A stretch of DNA of 32,000 nt from Corynebacterium glutamicum ATCC 13032 (GCF_000011325.1 NC_003450.3:210001-242000), one strand, 5' to 3'. Shown: positions 7,940-16,767, counted from the first letter of the stretch. Made by a program: numbers and translations. Notes: a model not told the origin generated them from the letters alone.

Positions 7940-8845
7940 TTATACCCAGTAGCTGACGCGGAATCGCCATTGCTTCATCGCGAGGAGAGCAAGGCCAAGG
8001 CCGACGAATGTGAAGGCGAGGACGATCCACCAGTGGTAGGCGGGGAGGTCGGCGCCGACCATGGGGGCGCGGACAATTTCGAGGTAGTGGTAGAGCGGGT
8101 TGAGTTCGGCGAGGCGTGCGCGGTTGCCGATTTCTGCGCTCTGGGATTGCAGGGTGGAAGTCATCCAGACGATGGGGGTGACGTAGAAGAGGAGTTGGGT
8201 TCCGGCTTCTAGCAGCGGGGAGACGTCGCGGTAGCGGGTGGCGATGATGCCGAAGAACATGACTACCCACACGCCGTTGATCACCAGGAGGAACATTGCG
8301 GGGATGATCAGGAGGACGTCCCAGCCGAGGGGTCGGGGGAAGATCATCATGAGAATGACCCAGATGACCAGGTTGTGGGCGAGGAAGAGGGCTTGTTTCC
8401 ACACGAGTCTGTACACGTGGACGGACAGCGCCGAGGGGAGCTGTTTGATGAGTCCCTCGTTATCTATGAAGATGTCGGAGCCTTCTTTGATGCATCCGGA
8501 GATGAAGTTCCAAATGATCAGGCCGACGGTGACGTGGGGCAGAAATTCCGCGATGGGGATTTTGAACAGCACGGAGTACAGCAAGCCGAGGGCGAGCGCC
8601 ATGACACCGGTGGCGATGGTGATCCACAGGGGCCCAAGGACGGATCGCCGGTAGCGTTGCTTAATGTCTTGCCAGCCGAGTTGCAGCCACAACTCATGTT
8701 GCTTGAATCCGCGGACGATATCGTTCCAGGCAGCGCCAAAGGTCATTGACTGGGAATTCGGAACTGTGTCCGATTTCACGGCAGTGATTCTGGCGATATC
8801 AGCCTGGAGGTCTTTCTGCTTCGATTGTTCCTGCACATAAGACAC
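7940..8845 (-). CDS. ABC-2 type polysaccharide exporter permease (Wzm/RfbD type, Rv3783-like)
   Basis: WLQLGWQDIKQRYRRSVLGPLWITI is the ABC-2 N-terminal motif, followed by 6 hydrophobic segments. The GTG start at 8845 has no clear Shine-Dalgarno motif, so the exact start is uncertain. Confidence 0.85.
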   Translation of the reverse strand: MSYVQEQSKQKDLQADIARITAVKSDTVPNSQSMTFGAAWNDIVRGFKQHELWLQLGWQDIKQRYRRSVLGPLWITIATGVMALALGLLYSVLFKIPIAEFLPHVTVGLIIWNFISGCIKEGSDIFIDNEGLIKQLPSALSVHVYRLVWKQALFLAHNLVIWVILMMIFPRPLGWDVLLIIPAMFLLVINGVWVVMFFGIIATRYRDVSPLLEAGTQLLFYVTPIVWMTSTLQSQSAEIGNRARLAELNPLYHYLEIVRAPMVGADLPAYHWWIVLAFTFVGLGLALLAMKQWRFRVSYWV

Positions 8846-8978
8846 CCTAGTGGTGGTGGAGTGATTTTTGGGTATCGACGACAGGTGAATTCATGCACGT
8901 TTGAGTGTCCCGTGTGTGGGGTAATGTTGTCCAAGAGAGTGGAAGGAAATGCTGTGGCGGTTGAAAGGAGTGCCTTTC

Positions 8979-10154
8979 GTGGGTTTTGATGTGGCCAGGG
9001 TTCGGGGGCTTTATACCTCTTTGGGCGATGGCTGGACGTACCTTAATTCACATCAAATTCCGCAGGTTCCGGAGCGGGTGGCGTCGGGAGTTGCGGCGGC
9101 TTTCCGCACGCATGCGCAGATTTCTGAGGTGACGTCGCAGCCGATTGCGGTGGATCAGTTGGAGGCTGCTCGCGAGGCAGTTGCGTCGTTGGCGGGTGTG
9201 GATCCGGACTGTGTTGTGCTGGGTCCCACGAGGCAGTTTTTGGCTCATACATTGGCGCGCGGTTTGGGTGGGTTTGTACGTCGAAAAGCGGGCGTGGTGT
9301 TGTCGCGCGCGGACGCGGACTGGCTGACCGCGCCGTTCCGCTCCCTCGACGGCGTTTTTAGCTGGGCCGAGCCCGATTTGGGCACCGGCATGCTGCCGGA
9401 TTGGCAGTACGAGAAGCTTGTTGACGGCTCGACGCGCCTTGTCGTGCTCAGCGCCGCGCACCCGCTGCTCGGCACGGTCGCCCCAGTGGGCAAGATTGTG
9501 GATAAAGTGCGGGCGCGTTCGCGTGCCTGGGTGCTTGTCGACGCCACCACCTACGCAGCCTACCGCCCCCTGCGCCTAGACGAGTGGGAAGCCGATATCG
9601 TCATGCTTGATCTCGGCGAGTTGGGCGGCCCGCAGATTTCGGCGTTGATTTTCCGTGATACCTCGATGTTCCCGCGCCTGGATCGCACCGTTCCACTCGA
9701 ACTGCCCGCAAGCTCCCTGCCGCATGGGCTGCTCGGCGGCGTGCCCAACCTGGTGCGGCACCTGGGAAACCTGGATGAAAACGCCCCGTCCGTCGTTGAG
9801 GCGATGGGGGAGATGGCGAAATTCCACAAGGGACTTTTTGAGCATCTTGTGGAATCGCTCGAAGGACTTCACGCGGTGCATATCGTGGGAATTTCCGGCG
9901 ATGCCGCAGGTCAAGACGCCGCGTTCCTGGATCGAGTGCCCCGCTTGACCTTCACCATGGAAGGCGTGCCCGCAGATATGGTGTACCGCCGATTGGTGGA
10001 CAATCGTTTGATCACTACCGTCAGCCCTGCTGACCCGCTGCTCGAAGCAATGGGTGTGACTGAAGCTGGCGGATCGATCACTATCGGACTAAGCCCGTTT
10101 AGCACCTACTATGAAGTGGATCAGCTGACCAGGGTGCTGGCATCGCTTGCCTAA
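8979..10154 (+). CDS. Aminotransferase class V / cysteine-desulfurase-like protein (Rv3778c-like)
   Basis: The track ORF starts at 8949. I prefer the GTG at 8979 because AAAGGAG (8964-8970) lies 8 nt upstream and the product then begins VGFDVARVRGLYTSLGDGWTYLN, like the mycobacterial homologue as remembered. Confidence 0.75.
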   Translation: MGFDVARVRGLYTSLGDGWTYLNSHQIPQVPERVASGVAAAFRTHAQISEVTSQPIAVDQLEAAREAVASLAGVDPDCVVLGPTRQFLAHTLARGLGGFVRRKAGVVLSRADADWLTAPFRSLDGVFSWAEPDLGTGMLPDWQYEKLVDGSTRLVVLSAAHPLLGTVAPVGKIVDKVRARSRAWVLVDATTYAAYRPLRLDEWEADIVMLDLGELGGPQISALIFRDTSMFPRLDRTVPLELPASSLPHGLLGGVPNLVRHLGNLDENAPSVVEAMGEMAKFHKGLFEHLVESLEGLHAVHIVGISGDAAGQDAAFLDRVPRLTFTMEGVPADMVYRRLVDNRLITTVSPADPLLEAMGVTEAGGSITIGLSPFSTYYEVDQLTRVLASLA

Positions 10155-11131
10155 ACCGCAAGCACGAGCTTGCCGGTGATGGTGCCGTCTTGAATTTTCT
10201 GCAAGGCGGCGGCTGCTTCGGCTAGCGGCAAGGTGTGGTCGATGTGAGGGGTAATTTCCTTCGATTGCAGCAGCGGCCAAATATTTTCGACAGTGCTGCT
10301 GACAATCCGAGCCTTATCCGCCTCATCGCGACCACGCAGCGCAGTGGCAGAAATCGTGCCTCGCTTGGCCAAAAGATGACCCAAATTCAGCTCCCCTTTC
10401 ACGCCACCCTGCATCCCGATGACTACCATGTGCGCGTCCTTGGCCATCGCCTTCACATTCTGTGACAAATACTTCGCACCAATAATATCGAGAATGACAT
10501 CCGCCTTGTTCTTCAAAACCTCGGCGAAATCTTCCTCCTTGTAATTGATGAGGATATCGGCCCCTAAGTTCTTACAGGTTTTTAACTTTTCAGTTGAACC
10601 GGCAGTCACCGCAACCGTCACACCCAGAGCCTTGCCCATCTGAATGGCAAACGTTCCGATACCGCCCGCGCCACCATGAATAAGGAAAGTATCCTCCTTC
10701 TGCAAGCCCGCCAGCATGCCGATATTCGACCACACCGTGCACGCAACCTCCACGATCGAGGCCGCTTCCACAAAGCTGTAACCCTCTGGAATTGGCATCA
10801 ACTGACCTTCCGGAACCGCCACATATTGCGCATATCCACCGCCAGTGAGAAGGCAAGCGACTTCCTGACCCACTGTTTGCCCAGTGTCGCCGGCATCCAC
10901 GATCACACCCGCACATTCCAGCCCGAGAATCTCCGAAGCCCCCGCCGGCACAGGATAATTTCCCTGCGTCTGCAAAAGATCCGCACGGTTAACGCCCGCA
11001 GCCTTCACCTCCACCAGCACCTCACCTGGCTTCAGGGTCGGGACGGGGACTTCCTGTAATTCCAGAGAAGCAGTGACCTTCTCCTCAGTTTGGACGATGG
11101 CTTGCATGGTTTGGCGCGTGGTTTTAGTCAT
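10151..11131 (-). CDS. qor: NADPH:quinone oxidoreductase (zeta-crystallin / MDR family)
   Basis: GEVLVEVKAAGVNRADLLQTQGNYP.P.GAS.ILGLECAG.V...FLIHGGAGGIGTFAIQ..K.LG is the typical Qor signature without Zn ligands. The symbol is generic. Confidence 0.8.
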   Translation of the reverse strand: MTKTTRQTMQAIVQTEEKVTASLELQEVPVPTLKPGEVLVEVKAAGVNRADLLQTQGNYPVPAGASEILGLECAGVIVDAGDTGQTVGQEVACLLTGGGYAQYVAVPEGQLMPIPEGYSFVEAASIVEVACTVWSNIGMLAGLQKEDTFLIHGGAGGIGTFAIQMGKALGVTVAVTAGSTEKLKTCKNLGADILINYKEEDFAEVLKNKADVILDIIGAKYLSQNVKAMAKDAHMVVIGMQGGVKGELNLGHLLAKRGTISATALRGRDEADKARIVSSTVENIWPLLQSKEITPHIDHTLPLAEAAAALQKIQDGTITGKLVLAV

Positions 11132-11655
11132 GCATTCGAGGGTAGCCGGTTATTCCAGATCGTTGCGCCGATTGACGTCAGAGTTGCCACCACATTTAGC
11201 CCCGCACCAACACCAACAATGACCATCACTAAGCCAAACGCCGACAATCCGGTTTCATCCTGAGGAATGGCATCCATGGCCCACGCGAAACTAAACCCCG
11301 ACGCACCACCCAACGCCGAATAAAACGGACCAGACGCAGTCCACCTAGTCCACAGACCAAGAATCACAGTGACCGCGACCATCGTGACACCACAAGCAAC
11401 AACCTGCCACGGACGATACGGACCTTGCATCTGCCCAAACTCATTCTCGTAATAACCACCCCAACTCAACCACACAAACCACACGATGAGCCCCGCAACA
11501 AAACCAAGCAACAACCCCAACCCAATACCCGGACGACGACCAGACCGCGGCACTTCCTTAGCCAACTTGTGCACCGCAAACACAATGAGGAAAACCACCA
11601 GAACCGGCACACCAATCATGGCTGCAGCGATGATGGCGATCTTTAACACATCCAT
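11128..11655 (-). CDS. Hypothetical integral membrane protein
   Basis: Hydrophobic ORF whose stop overlaps the qor start (ATGA). I prefer the ATG at 11655 (MDVLKIAIIAAAM...), preceded by AGGGGGA 6 nt upstream, over the track start at 11712. Confidence 0.6.
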   Translation of the reverse strand: MDVLKIAIIAAAMIGVPVLVVFLIVFAVHKLAKEVPRSGRRPGIGLGLLLGFVAGLIVWFVWLSWGGYYENEFGQMQGPYRPWQVVACGVTMVAVTVILGLWTRWTASGPFYSALGGASGFSFAWAMDAIPQDETGLSAFGLVMVIVGVGAGLNVVATLTSIGATIWNNRLPSNA

Positions 11656-11749
11656 GTAATTCCCCCTGATTAGGTGATTTAGTATGTTCGAGACTATCGG
11701 GTATGATTTCAACTTGTCGCAAATATCAATTTTTGATGTTTGAGTCGCT

Positions 11750-11834
11750 GGAGACGTGACAGAGCGGCCGAATGTACTGGTCTTGAAAACCAGCGATGGG
11801 AAACCATCCGAGGGTTCAAATCCCTCCGTCTCCG
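11750..11834 (+). tRNA. tRNA-Ser (anticodon UGA)
   Basis: Hand-folded. The acceptor stem pairs GGAGACG with CGTCTCC, the anticodon stem-loop is CTGGT-CTTGAAA-ACCAG, there is a long variable arm, and the T-arm GGTTCAAATCC is present. The discriminator is G and CCA is not encoded. Confidence 0.9.
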
Positions 11835-11841
11835 CAAATAG

Positions 11842-11873
11842 CCCCCGTTTACGCAGGTAAACGGGGGTTTTCT
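11842..11873 (+). terminator. Rho-independent terminator after tRNA-Ser
   Basis: CCCCCGTTTAC (11842-11852) pairs perfectly with GTAAACGGGGG (11857-11867). The loop is GCAG and the stem is followed by TTTT. Confidence 0.8.
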
Positions 11874-11910
11874 GATTCTTGGGCGGTCGGGGCTTTATCC
11901 GAAAGCACTG

Positions 11911-12210
11911 TTGCCTAAACTAGGGCACATGGCCCTGCACACGCACAAGATAGACGGCGAGACCTACGCTTTTTCGTGGTCACCCACGCAAACGCTTCTC
12001 GACGCCCTCCTCCAGGCCGACCTACCCGCCCGCTATTCCTGCATGGAAGGCCACTGCGGAACTTGCCAATGTACGCTGACGGGAGGGCCCTCGCACATGC
12101 TCAACAATGAAGTACTGAGCAACTACGAGATCGTCTCCGAAAACCAAGTGTTGGCCTGCCAGACAATCCGAGACGCTGACGGGCCATACCACTGTTCCTT
12201 CGATGACTAG
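11911..12210 (+). CDS. 2Fe-2S ferredoxin-like protein (plant-type cluster motif)
   Basis: YSCMEGHCGTCQC (C-x4-C-x2-C) plus the later LACQ cysteine. The start is either the TTG at 11911 or the ATG at 11929 (MALHTHKIDGE). Confidence 0.7.
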   Translation: MPKLGHMALHTHKIDGETYAFSWSPTQTLLDALLQADLPARYSCMEGHCGTCQCTLTGGPSHMLNNEVLSNYEIVSENQVLACQTIRDADGPYHCSFDD

Positions 12211-13694
12211 CTCTTCTTGATCACTTCCATCGCTTCGTGATAGTTGGATGTAGCTGCATCTTTGCCGTTCCAGCACGCAATATTACGAACCTCTGGCATC
12301 ATGTCGCGGTGGAACACAGGATCCAGACCAGCCTTCTTCTGAATGGTGTAATTCTTAAGCAACTTCACTGCAACGCCACCCAGCGGAATGATCGCCGCCA
12401 GGTTAATGAGCACCATGATGCCAGCGAAAGTATCACCCAAAGCCCAGATCAACGGCACCGAAGCAACCGCGCCAGAGAACACGCTGAGCAGCACCAAGAG
12501 TCGGAAAACAGTCATGACAGTCTTCGAATCGGTGAAGTACTGAATATTCGCCTGTGCCAAGTAGTAGTTACCCAGCACGGAAGAAAACGCCAGGAAGAAC
12601 ATCACTACGGTAATGAAGTGGGTTCCCCAACCACCAACAACGCTAGCCAGCGCGGACTGAGTCAAAGAAGAAGACTGAATATCGCCGGTCGCGTACTCCA
12701 CTCCAGACAGCAGGATGACAAAAGCGGTAATGCTACAAACGAGCAGGGTGTCGAAATATACGCCCAGAGTCTGAACCAAACCCTGCTTCACAGGGTGAGA
12801 CACAGTCGCGGTAGCAGCAGCGTTCGGGACAGAACCCTCACCAGCCTCATTGGAGAACAGTCCACGGCGCATACCGTTCATAAACGCCAACCAGAACGCG
12901 CCCCACACCGACGCAGTAGCAACCGGACGGAAACCAAAAGCACCAGCAATGATGTCGTTGATCATGGTCGGAACCTGCTGAATGTTAATCACAATCACCA
13001 CCACACCCACAATGATGTACGCACCCGCCATGAACGGAACCATCCACTGCGTCACGTTTGCGATACGCTGCACGCCGCCAAAAATAACCAGCGCAGACAA
13101 TCCAGCCATGCCCAAGCCAACAAAAGCCTTTGCAGTGGTAGAAGGGGTGCCGAGTGATACCGTAATCGCCTCAACAACCGCGTTGGACTGCAAAGCGTTG
13201 TACACAAAACCAAAGGTCAACGTGATGGCGACACCGAAAACAACCGCAAGCCACCGAGCATTCAAACCAAGCGTCATGTAGTACGCAGGGCCACCGCGAT
13301 AGCTGTCGCCGTCCTTCACCTTCCACAACTGTCCAAGAGTCGACTCAATGAACGATGTCGCACCGCCAACCAGCGCAATGATCCACATCCAGAACACTGC
13401 ACCCGGTCCACCCAGAGTGATCGCCAGCGCAACACCCGCAACATTCGCCGTACCAACTCGCGACGCCGCAGAAATCGTGAACGCCTTAAAAGCCGAAATG
13501 TCCTGCTTGTCCGCGAACTCCCCATCCTTCGCAGGCTTCTCGACGACCGCTTTGAACATCTCCGGAATCATCCGAATCTGAACCAGCAACGTACGCCCAC
13601 CGAAATAGAGGCCAGCAGCAACGAGCAAGAAGGGCAAGATCATCCACAAATTGTCATTAATGACATCAGTGATGAAGGTCTCCAATAATTCCAT
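12207..13694 (-). CDS. Alanine/glycine:cation symporter (AGCS family)
   Basis: 495 aa and polytopic. ISAFKAFTISAASRVGTANVAGVALAI..GGPGAVFWMW..AL.G.ATSF.ES.L...YK and GLFSNEAGEGS match AGCS signatures. Confidence 0.9.
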   Translation of the reverse strand: MELLETFITDVINDNLWMILPFLLVAAGLYFGGRTLLVQIRMIPEMFKAVVEKPAKDGEFADKQDISAFKAFTISAASRVGTANVAGVALAITLGGPGAVFWMWIIALVGGATSFIESTLGQLWKVKDGDSYRGGPAYYMTLGLNARWLAVVFGVAITLTFGFVYNALQSNAVVEAITVSLGTPSTTAKAFVGLGMAGLSALVIFGGVQRIANVTQWMVPFMAGAYIIVGVVVIVINIQQVPTMINDIIAGAFGFRPVATASVWGAFWLAFMNGMRRGLFSNEAGEGSVPNAAATATVSHPVKQGLVQTLGVYFDTLLVCSITAFVILLSGVEYATGDIQSSSLTQSALASVVGGWGTHFITVVMFFLAFSSVLGNYYLAQANIQYFTDSKTVMTVFRLLVLLSVFSGAVASVPLIWALGDTFAGIMVLINLAAIIPLGGVAVKLLKNYTIQKKAGLDPVFHRDMMPEVRNIACWNGKDAATSNYHEAMEVIKKS

Positions 13695-13774
13695 GCGAAA
13701 AATACTACGCGCGTGTTACCCGATTTTTAGTAAATCCCTAGCCACTGGCACTGGATTGTTATAGCCCGGAGGTG

Positions 13775-14306
13775 TAAAGCAAGGCAGATTAGCTCCCTGG
13801 GTGGGCGGCTCCGGAGGGGAGTCTGCCCGGCTTCGCCCGCTGTGGTGCAAACAGGGCGGGTTTCAGCTCGGGATGGTCGCTTCGACGCGCGAGCTTGCCT
13901 TGTTGTGTGCGCGGCGGGTCAATCAAGGCAGGCTTCGGCCTGGGATAGCCCTTCCCGTCGAGGAACCCGCCCTGTTTTGCCCGGGCGGGAATCCACGCGC
14001 GCGAAACCGGGCGGATTAGCCTCCCGAATGGCTGCATTCGCCGACAAGTTCGCCTTGTTTTGCACGGAGCGGGGACAGCCTGCTCGAATTCAGGCGGGTT
14101 AGCTTCACAGACGGCCGGTTTCGCCGATGAGTCCGCCCCGTTGTGCACACGGCGGGTCAAACAAGGCAGGCTTTGGCCCGGGACAGCCCCTCCTGCTGAG
14201 GAACTCGCCCTGTTTTACACACGCGGCGAACGAAACACGGCGAACTAGCCCGCCAAATGGCACCCCCGGCTGGGAAACTCGCCTTGTTTTGCACCAACAG
14301 GGAACC
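13775..14306 (+). repeat. Intergenic tandem array 2: about 7 degenerate 60-85 bp units of the same family as array 1, in the same orientation
   Basis: The cores (c)TCGCC(c/t)TGTTTTGCAC occur near 13841 (degenerate), 13901, 13973, 14056, 14140, 14211 and 14285. The unit junctions CAAAC-AAGGCAGGCTT or AAAC-AGGGCGGGTTT are complementary to the cores. The unit at 13852-13924 aligns block for block with the unit at 6774-6847. Confidence 0.8.
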
Positions 14307-14335
14307 TGGAGCGCAGTTTCGGGGTCTAAGTAGGT

Positions 14336-15247
14336 ATGGGAGAAAAACGGCGGATGTGGACGGCGAAGGAACTGATCGGGATGGGGTATTCGCGGCGGAG
14401 GATCAACAGTTTGGTGAAGGAGGGGAAGTTACACCGGGTGTTGAGGGGTGTGTATGCGTTGGATCCGCCGTCGGGGGAGGTTGTGTGGTCGGCGATTCGC
14501 CTGGTCAGGCCGGGTGCTCTGTTGGATGGGAAGTCGGCGGTGGAGGTTTATCAGGGGGTGTCGTTGTCGTTGCCTGTGCGGGTGAGGGTGAGTACGTCGA
14601 ATGTGTTGAGGGGGTCGCGGAATGTGGTGGCGCGGAGGTCTCAGAGGATGGATGGGATTGCTCATCGGGGGTTTAGGGTGGTGTCGTTGGTGGATACGGT
14701 TGCGACGTGTCTTGATGAGCGGAGTGTGAATCCTTCTGACCTGCGGAGATTAGTGGAGGAGAGGTATAAGTCGGGGAGCGGGGTGAAGCAGATGGCGCAT
14801 GATCTGAAGTTGTTGAGAACGCGGAGGAAGGCGCAGCTGCGGGAGTTTTTGGAGGAGTGTATCTATGGTTTGGACAGTGGTCTGGAGAAGGTGATGGTGC
14901 AGGAGCTGCGGGATGCTGGGTTTCGGACCAGGCAGAATGTGGTGGTGGAGGGGTATCGGTGGGATATTCAGGTGGTGGGTGTGGCGCTGATTGATGTGGA
15001 TAGCAGGAAGTATCACCAGGCGAATAGGCGGAATTTCATCATTGATCGCTGGAAGAGCAATGAAGCCGTGGTACAAGGCCATGTGCCGTTGAGGTTTACG
15101 GATGATTGTGTGAATTATGCGACGGGGGAGATCATTAAGTTGGTGAAACAGGTGGCGGAGTTCAAACGGAAGCATCCGCGGAGGAGGGTGAAAACGCAAG
15201 GCGTTGGGCCGGTGTTTAGGTGGCACAACGCCTTGGTTTTACCCTAG
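14336..15247 (+). CDS. DUF559 (Vsr-like endonuclease fold) protein with an AbiEi-type N-terminal winged-helix domain
   Basis: The N-terminus WTAKELIGMGYSRRRINSLVKEGKLHRVLRGVYAL is AbiEi_4-like. The C-terminus SGLEKVMVQELRDAGFRTRQNVVVEGYRWDIQVVGVALIDVDSRKYH...RWKSNEAVVQGHVPLRFT is DUF559-like. The start could instead be the ATG at 14354. Confidence 0.7.
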   Translation: MGEKRRMWTAKELIGMGYSRRRINSLVKEGKLHRVLRGVYALDPPSGEVVWSAIRLVRPGALLDGKSAVEVYQGVSLSLPVRVRVSTSNVLRGSRNVVARRSQRMDGIAHRGFRVVSLVDTVATCLDERSVNPSDLRRLVEERYKSGSGVKQMAHDLKLLRTRRKAQLREFLEECIYGLDSGLEKVMVQELRDAGFRTRQNVVVEGYRWDIQVVGVALIDVDSRKYHQANRRNFIIDRWKSNEAVVQGHVPLRFTDDCVNYATGEIIKLVKQVAEFKRKHPRRRVKTQGVGPVFRWHNALVLP

Positions 15248-16312
15248 GGAATCTAGCCAGCCTTCGATTCCGCCGTCGAGGCTGCTCATTCCGGTGTAGC
15301 CTGCGGATTCTAAAATTGCGATGGCTTGTGCGGAGCGGACACCAGCTGCGCAGTAGACGATAACCTCTTTACCTGCGGAAACGGAGGGTGGGATGGCGCC
15401 TTCGCGGATGGCGGACAGTGGGGTGTTGTGCGCGCCGGGGATGGAGTAGGCGGAGAATTCGGAGGGTTCGCGGACGTCGATGAGCGAAACGCCGTCAACC
15501 AGCGCGGAAACTCGAGGAACATCGAGCACCTCACCAAAACCGCCAGAAATCCCCGAAACACCAGCAGACCCAAGCACCCGTTCCAGCACCTCCGGCGAAC
15601 CGACGACGGGGATGTATTCCCAGGTGCCGTCGAGGGAGGAGTAGTAGCCGAGTTTTCCGATCAAGGGTGTGCCCACGCCGGTGATGATTTTCAGGGCTTC
15701 CATGGCCATCGCGGAGCCCATTACGCCGACAACTGGACCCAAAACGCCTGCTTGGGAACATGATGGGACGGATCCGGGTGGTGGCGGGGTGGGGAAGAGG
15801 TCTTCGTAGATGGGGCCGTGGCCGGCGTGGAAGACGGAGAGTTGGGCGTCGAAACCCAGGATGGATGCCCAGACGTGGGGGATGCCAAGTTTTGCGGCGG
15901 CCCAGGATGCGAGGTGTCGGGTGTCGAAGTTATCGGAGCCATCCAAAATCACATCGGAATCTGCCAGCTCAGAAAGTGCATTTGACCAGTCCAGTCGCCT
16001 GACAGAAACCGTCACTTTAACGGAAGGGTTCAGTGCCAGCATTGCTTCGCGCGCGGACTCGGCCTTGGGTGTTCCAACGCCAGCGGTGGTGTGAATGACC
16101 TGGCGGTGGAGGTTGGAGAGGTCGACGAGGTCATCGTCAATGATGTGGATGTGGCCGACGCCAGCGCCAGCAAGGTAGAGCAGGGCGGGTGACCCGAGGC
16201 CGCCTGCGCCGATGACGGAGACCTTAGCGTCGAAAAGCGATTGTTGTTTTTGCTGGCCGATTTCGCCGAGCATAATTTGGCGGCGGTAGCGGGCGATGTC
16301 GAGGTTTTTCAC
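15239..16312 (-). CDS. moeB: Molybdopterin-synthase adenylyltransferase/sulfurtransferase (MoeB/ThiF domain plus C-terminal rhodanese, MoeZ-type)
   Basis: RYRRQIMLGEIGQQKQQSLFDAKVSVIGAGGLGSPALLYLAGAGVG is the ThiF fold, and the C-terminal VIVYCAAGVRS is the rhodanese active-site loop. The track start is a TTG at 16324. I prefer the GTG at 16312, which overlaps the moaE stop as GTGA. Confidence 0.85.
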   Translation of the reverse strand: MKNLDIARYRRQIMLGEIGQQKQQSLFDAKVSVIGAGGLGSPALLYLAGAGVGHIHIIDDDLVDLSNLHRQVIHTTAGVGTPKAESAREAMLALNPSVKVTVSVRRLDWSNALSELADSDVILDGSDNFDTRHLASWAAAKLGIPHVWASILGFDAQLSVFHAGHGPIYEDLFPTPPPPGSVPSCSQAGVLGPVVGVMGSAMAMEALKIITGVGTPLIGKLGYYSSLDGTWEYIPVVGSPEVLERVLGSAGVSGISGGFGEVLDVPRVSALVDGVSLIDVREPSEFSAYSIPGAHNTPLSAIREGAIPPSVSAGKEVIVYCAAGVRSAQAIAILESAGYTGMSSLDGGIEGWLDSLG

Positions 16313-16767
16313 AGGCCGACCCAATCGGTGGAGCCGTCGAGGCGCGTTTGCTCTTTCCAGATCGGGACCTGGGCTTTGACGGCGTCGGCGAGGTCGGAGC
16401 AGGCGGCGAAGGCGTCGGCGCGGTGGGCGGAGGCGGCGACGACGAGGAAGGCGGCGTCACCGATTTTCAAGGCGCCGGTGCGGTGCGCGGTCCAGAGGCG
16501 GGTGCGCGGGTGTTTTTCAACGATGGAGTCCGCGACAGCAGAAAGGACCTGCGGCGCGGTGGGATGCGCGGTGTAGGTCAGGGAGGTCACGCGGGCGCCG
16601 CCGTCGTGGTCGCGGACGATGCCTTCGAAGGTGACCAGCGCGCCCATCGCCTCTGTGCAGACGCCGTTTTTGGCGGCGTCGAGCAGCGGTTCGAGGGGGT
16701 CGGTGGTGAGGAAAGCGTCGATGAGTTTGCCGGTTTGTTCGGCGACGTAAGCGGGGTCAGTGTTCAT
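16309..16767 (-). CDS. moaE: Molybdopterin synthase catalytic subunit MoaE
   Basis: GALVTFEGIVRDHDGG..V..L.Y.AHP...L..V......KHP..R.....HR.G.L.IGD.AF.V.ASA.HR..AF.A....D..K..VPIWK.E is the MoaE pattern. The ATG at 16767 (MNTDPAY) overlaps the moaB stop by 11 nt; the track extension to 16839 would lie inside moaB. Confidence 0.85.
   Translation of the reverse strand: MNTDPAYVAEQTGKLIDAFLTTDPLEPLLDAAKNGVCTEAMGALVTFEGIVRDHDGGARVTSLTYTAHPTAPQVLSAVADSIVEKHPRTRLWTAHRTGALKIGDAAFLVVAASAHRADAFAACSDLADAVKAQVPIWKEQTRLDGSTDWVGL

Noticed and set aside
12237-13157. 306-aa + ORF inside the AGCS symporter gene
   Set aside because: It is antisense to a 495-aa transporter with clear AGCS motifs. The product is a hydrophilic, His/Arg/Asn-rich sequence typical of the reverse strand of a membrane-protein gene.
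13695-13790. A glycine riboswitch upstream of the AGCS symporter, an M-box upstream of mgtE (28149-28217), and a Moco riboswitch at modA/moaD (20515-20673)
   Set aside because: I could not find the conserved cores I remember on either strand (GGAGAG...CACCG for glycine; CCTCCGAG-type for Moco). The mgtE leader is only about 70 nt, too short for an M-box. This is a by-eye judgement, and cmscan would settle it.
6730-14306. Whether the two arrays are CRISPR arrays
   Set aside because: The conserved blocks are degenerate rather than near-identical, and the would-be spacers are themselves homologous between units (for example 6921-6961 against 7066-7106). The units are contiguous with a variable 60-85 bp period, and no cas genes are present.
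13789-14676. ORFs crossing repeat array 2 (13789-14160 minus, 13801-14333 plus, several frames) and the 139-aa ORF at 14257-14676
   Set aside because: The same reasoning applies: the frame shifts between units and the products are repeat-driven. ORF 14257-14676 is an out-of-frame overlap of the DUF559 gene and is Gly/Val-rich because of the G bias.
14750-15226. 158-aa minus-strand ORF rich in Pro/His/Leu
   Set aside because: It is a direct by-product of the G-rich coding strand of the DUF559 gene. It has no ribosome-binding site and a low-complexity product.
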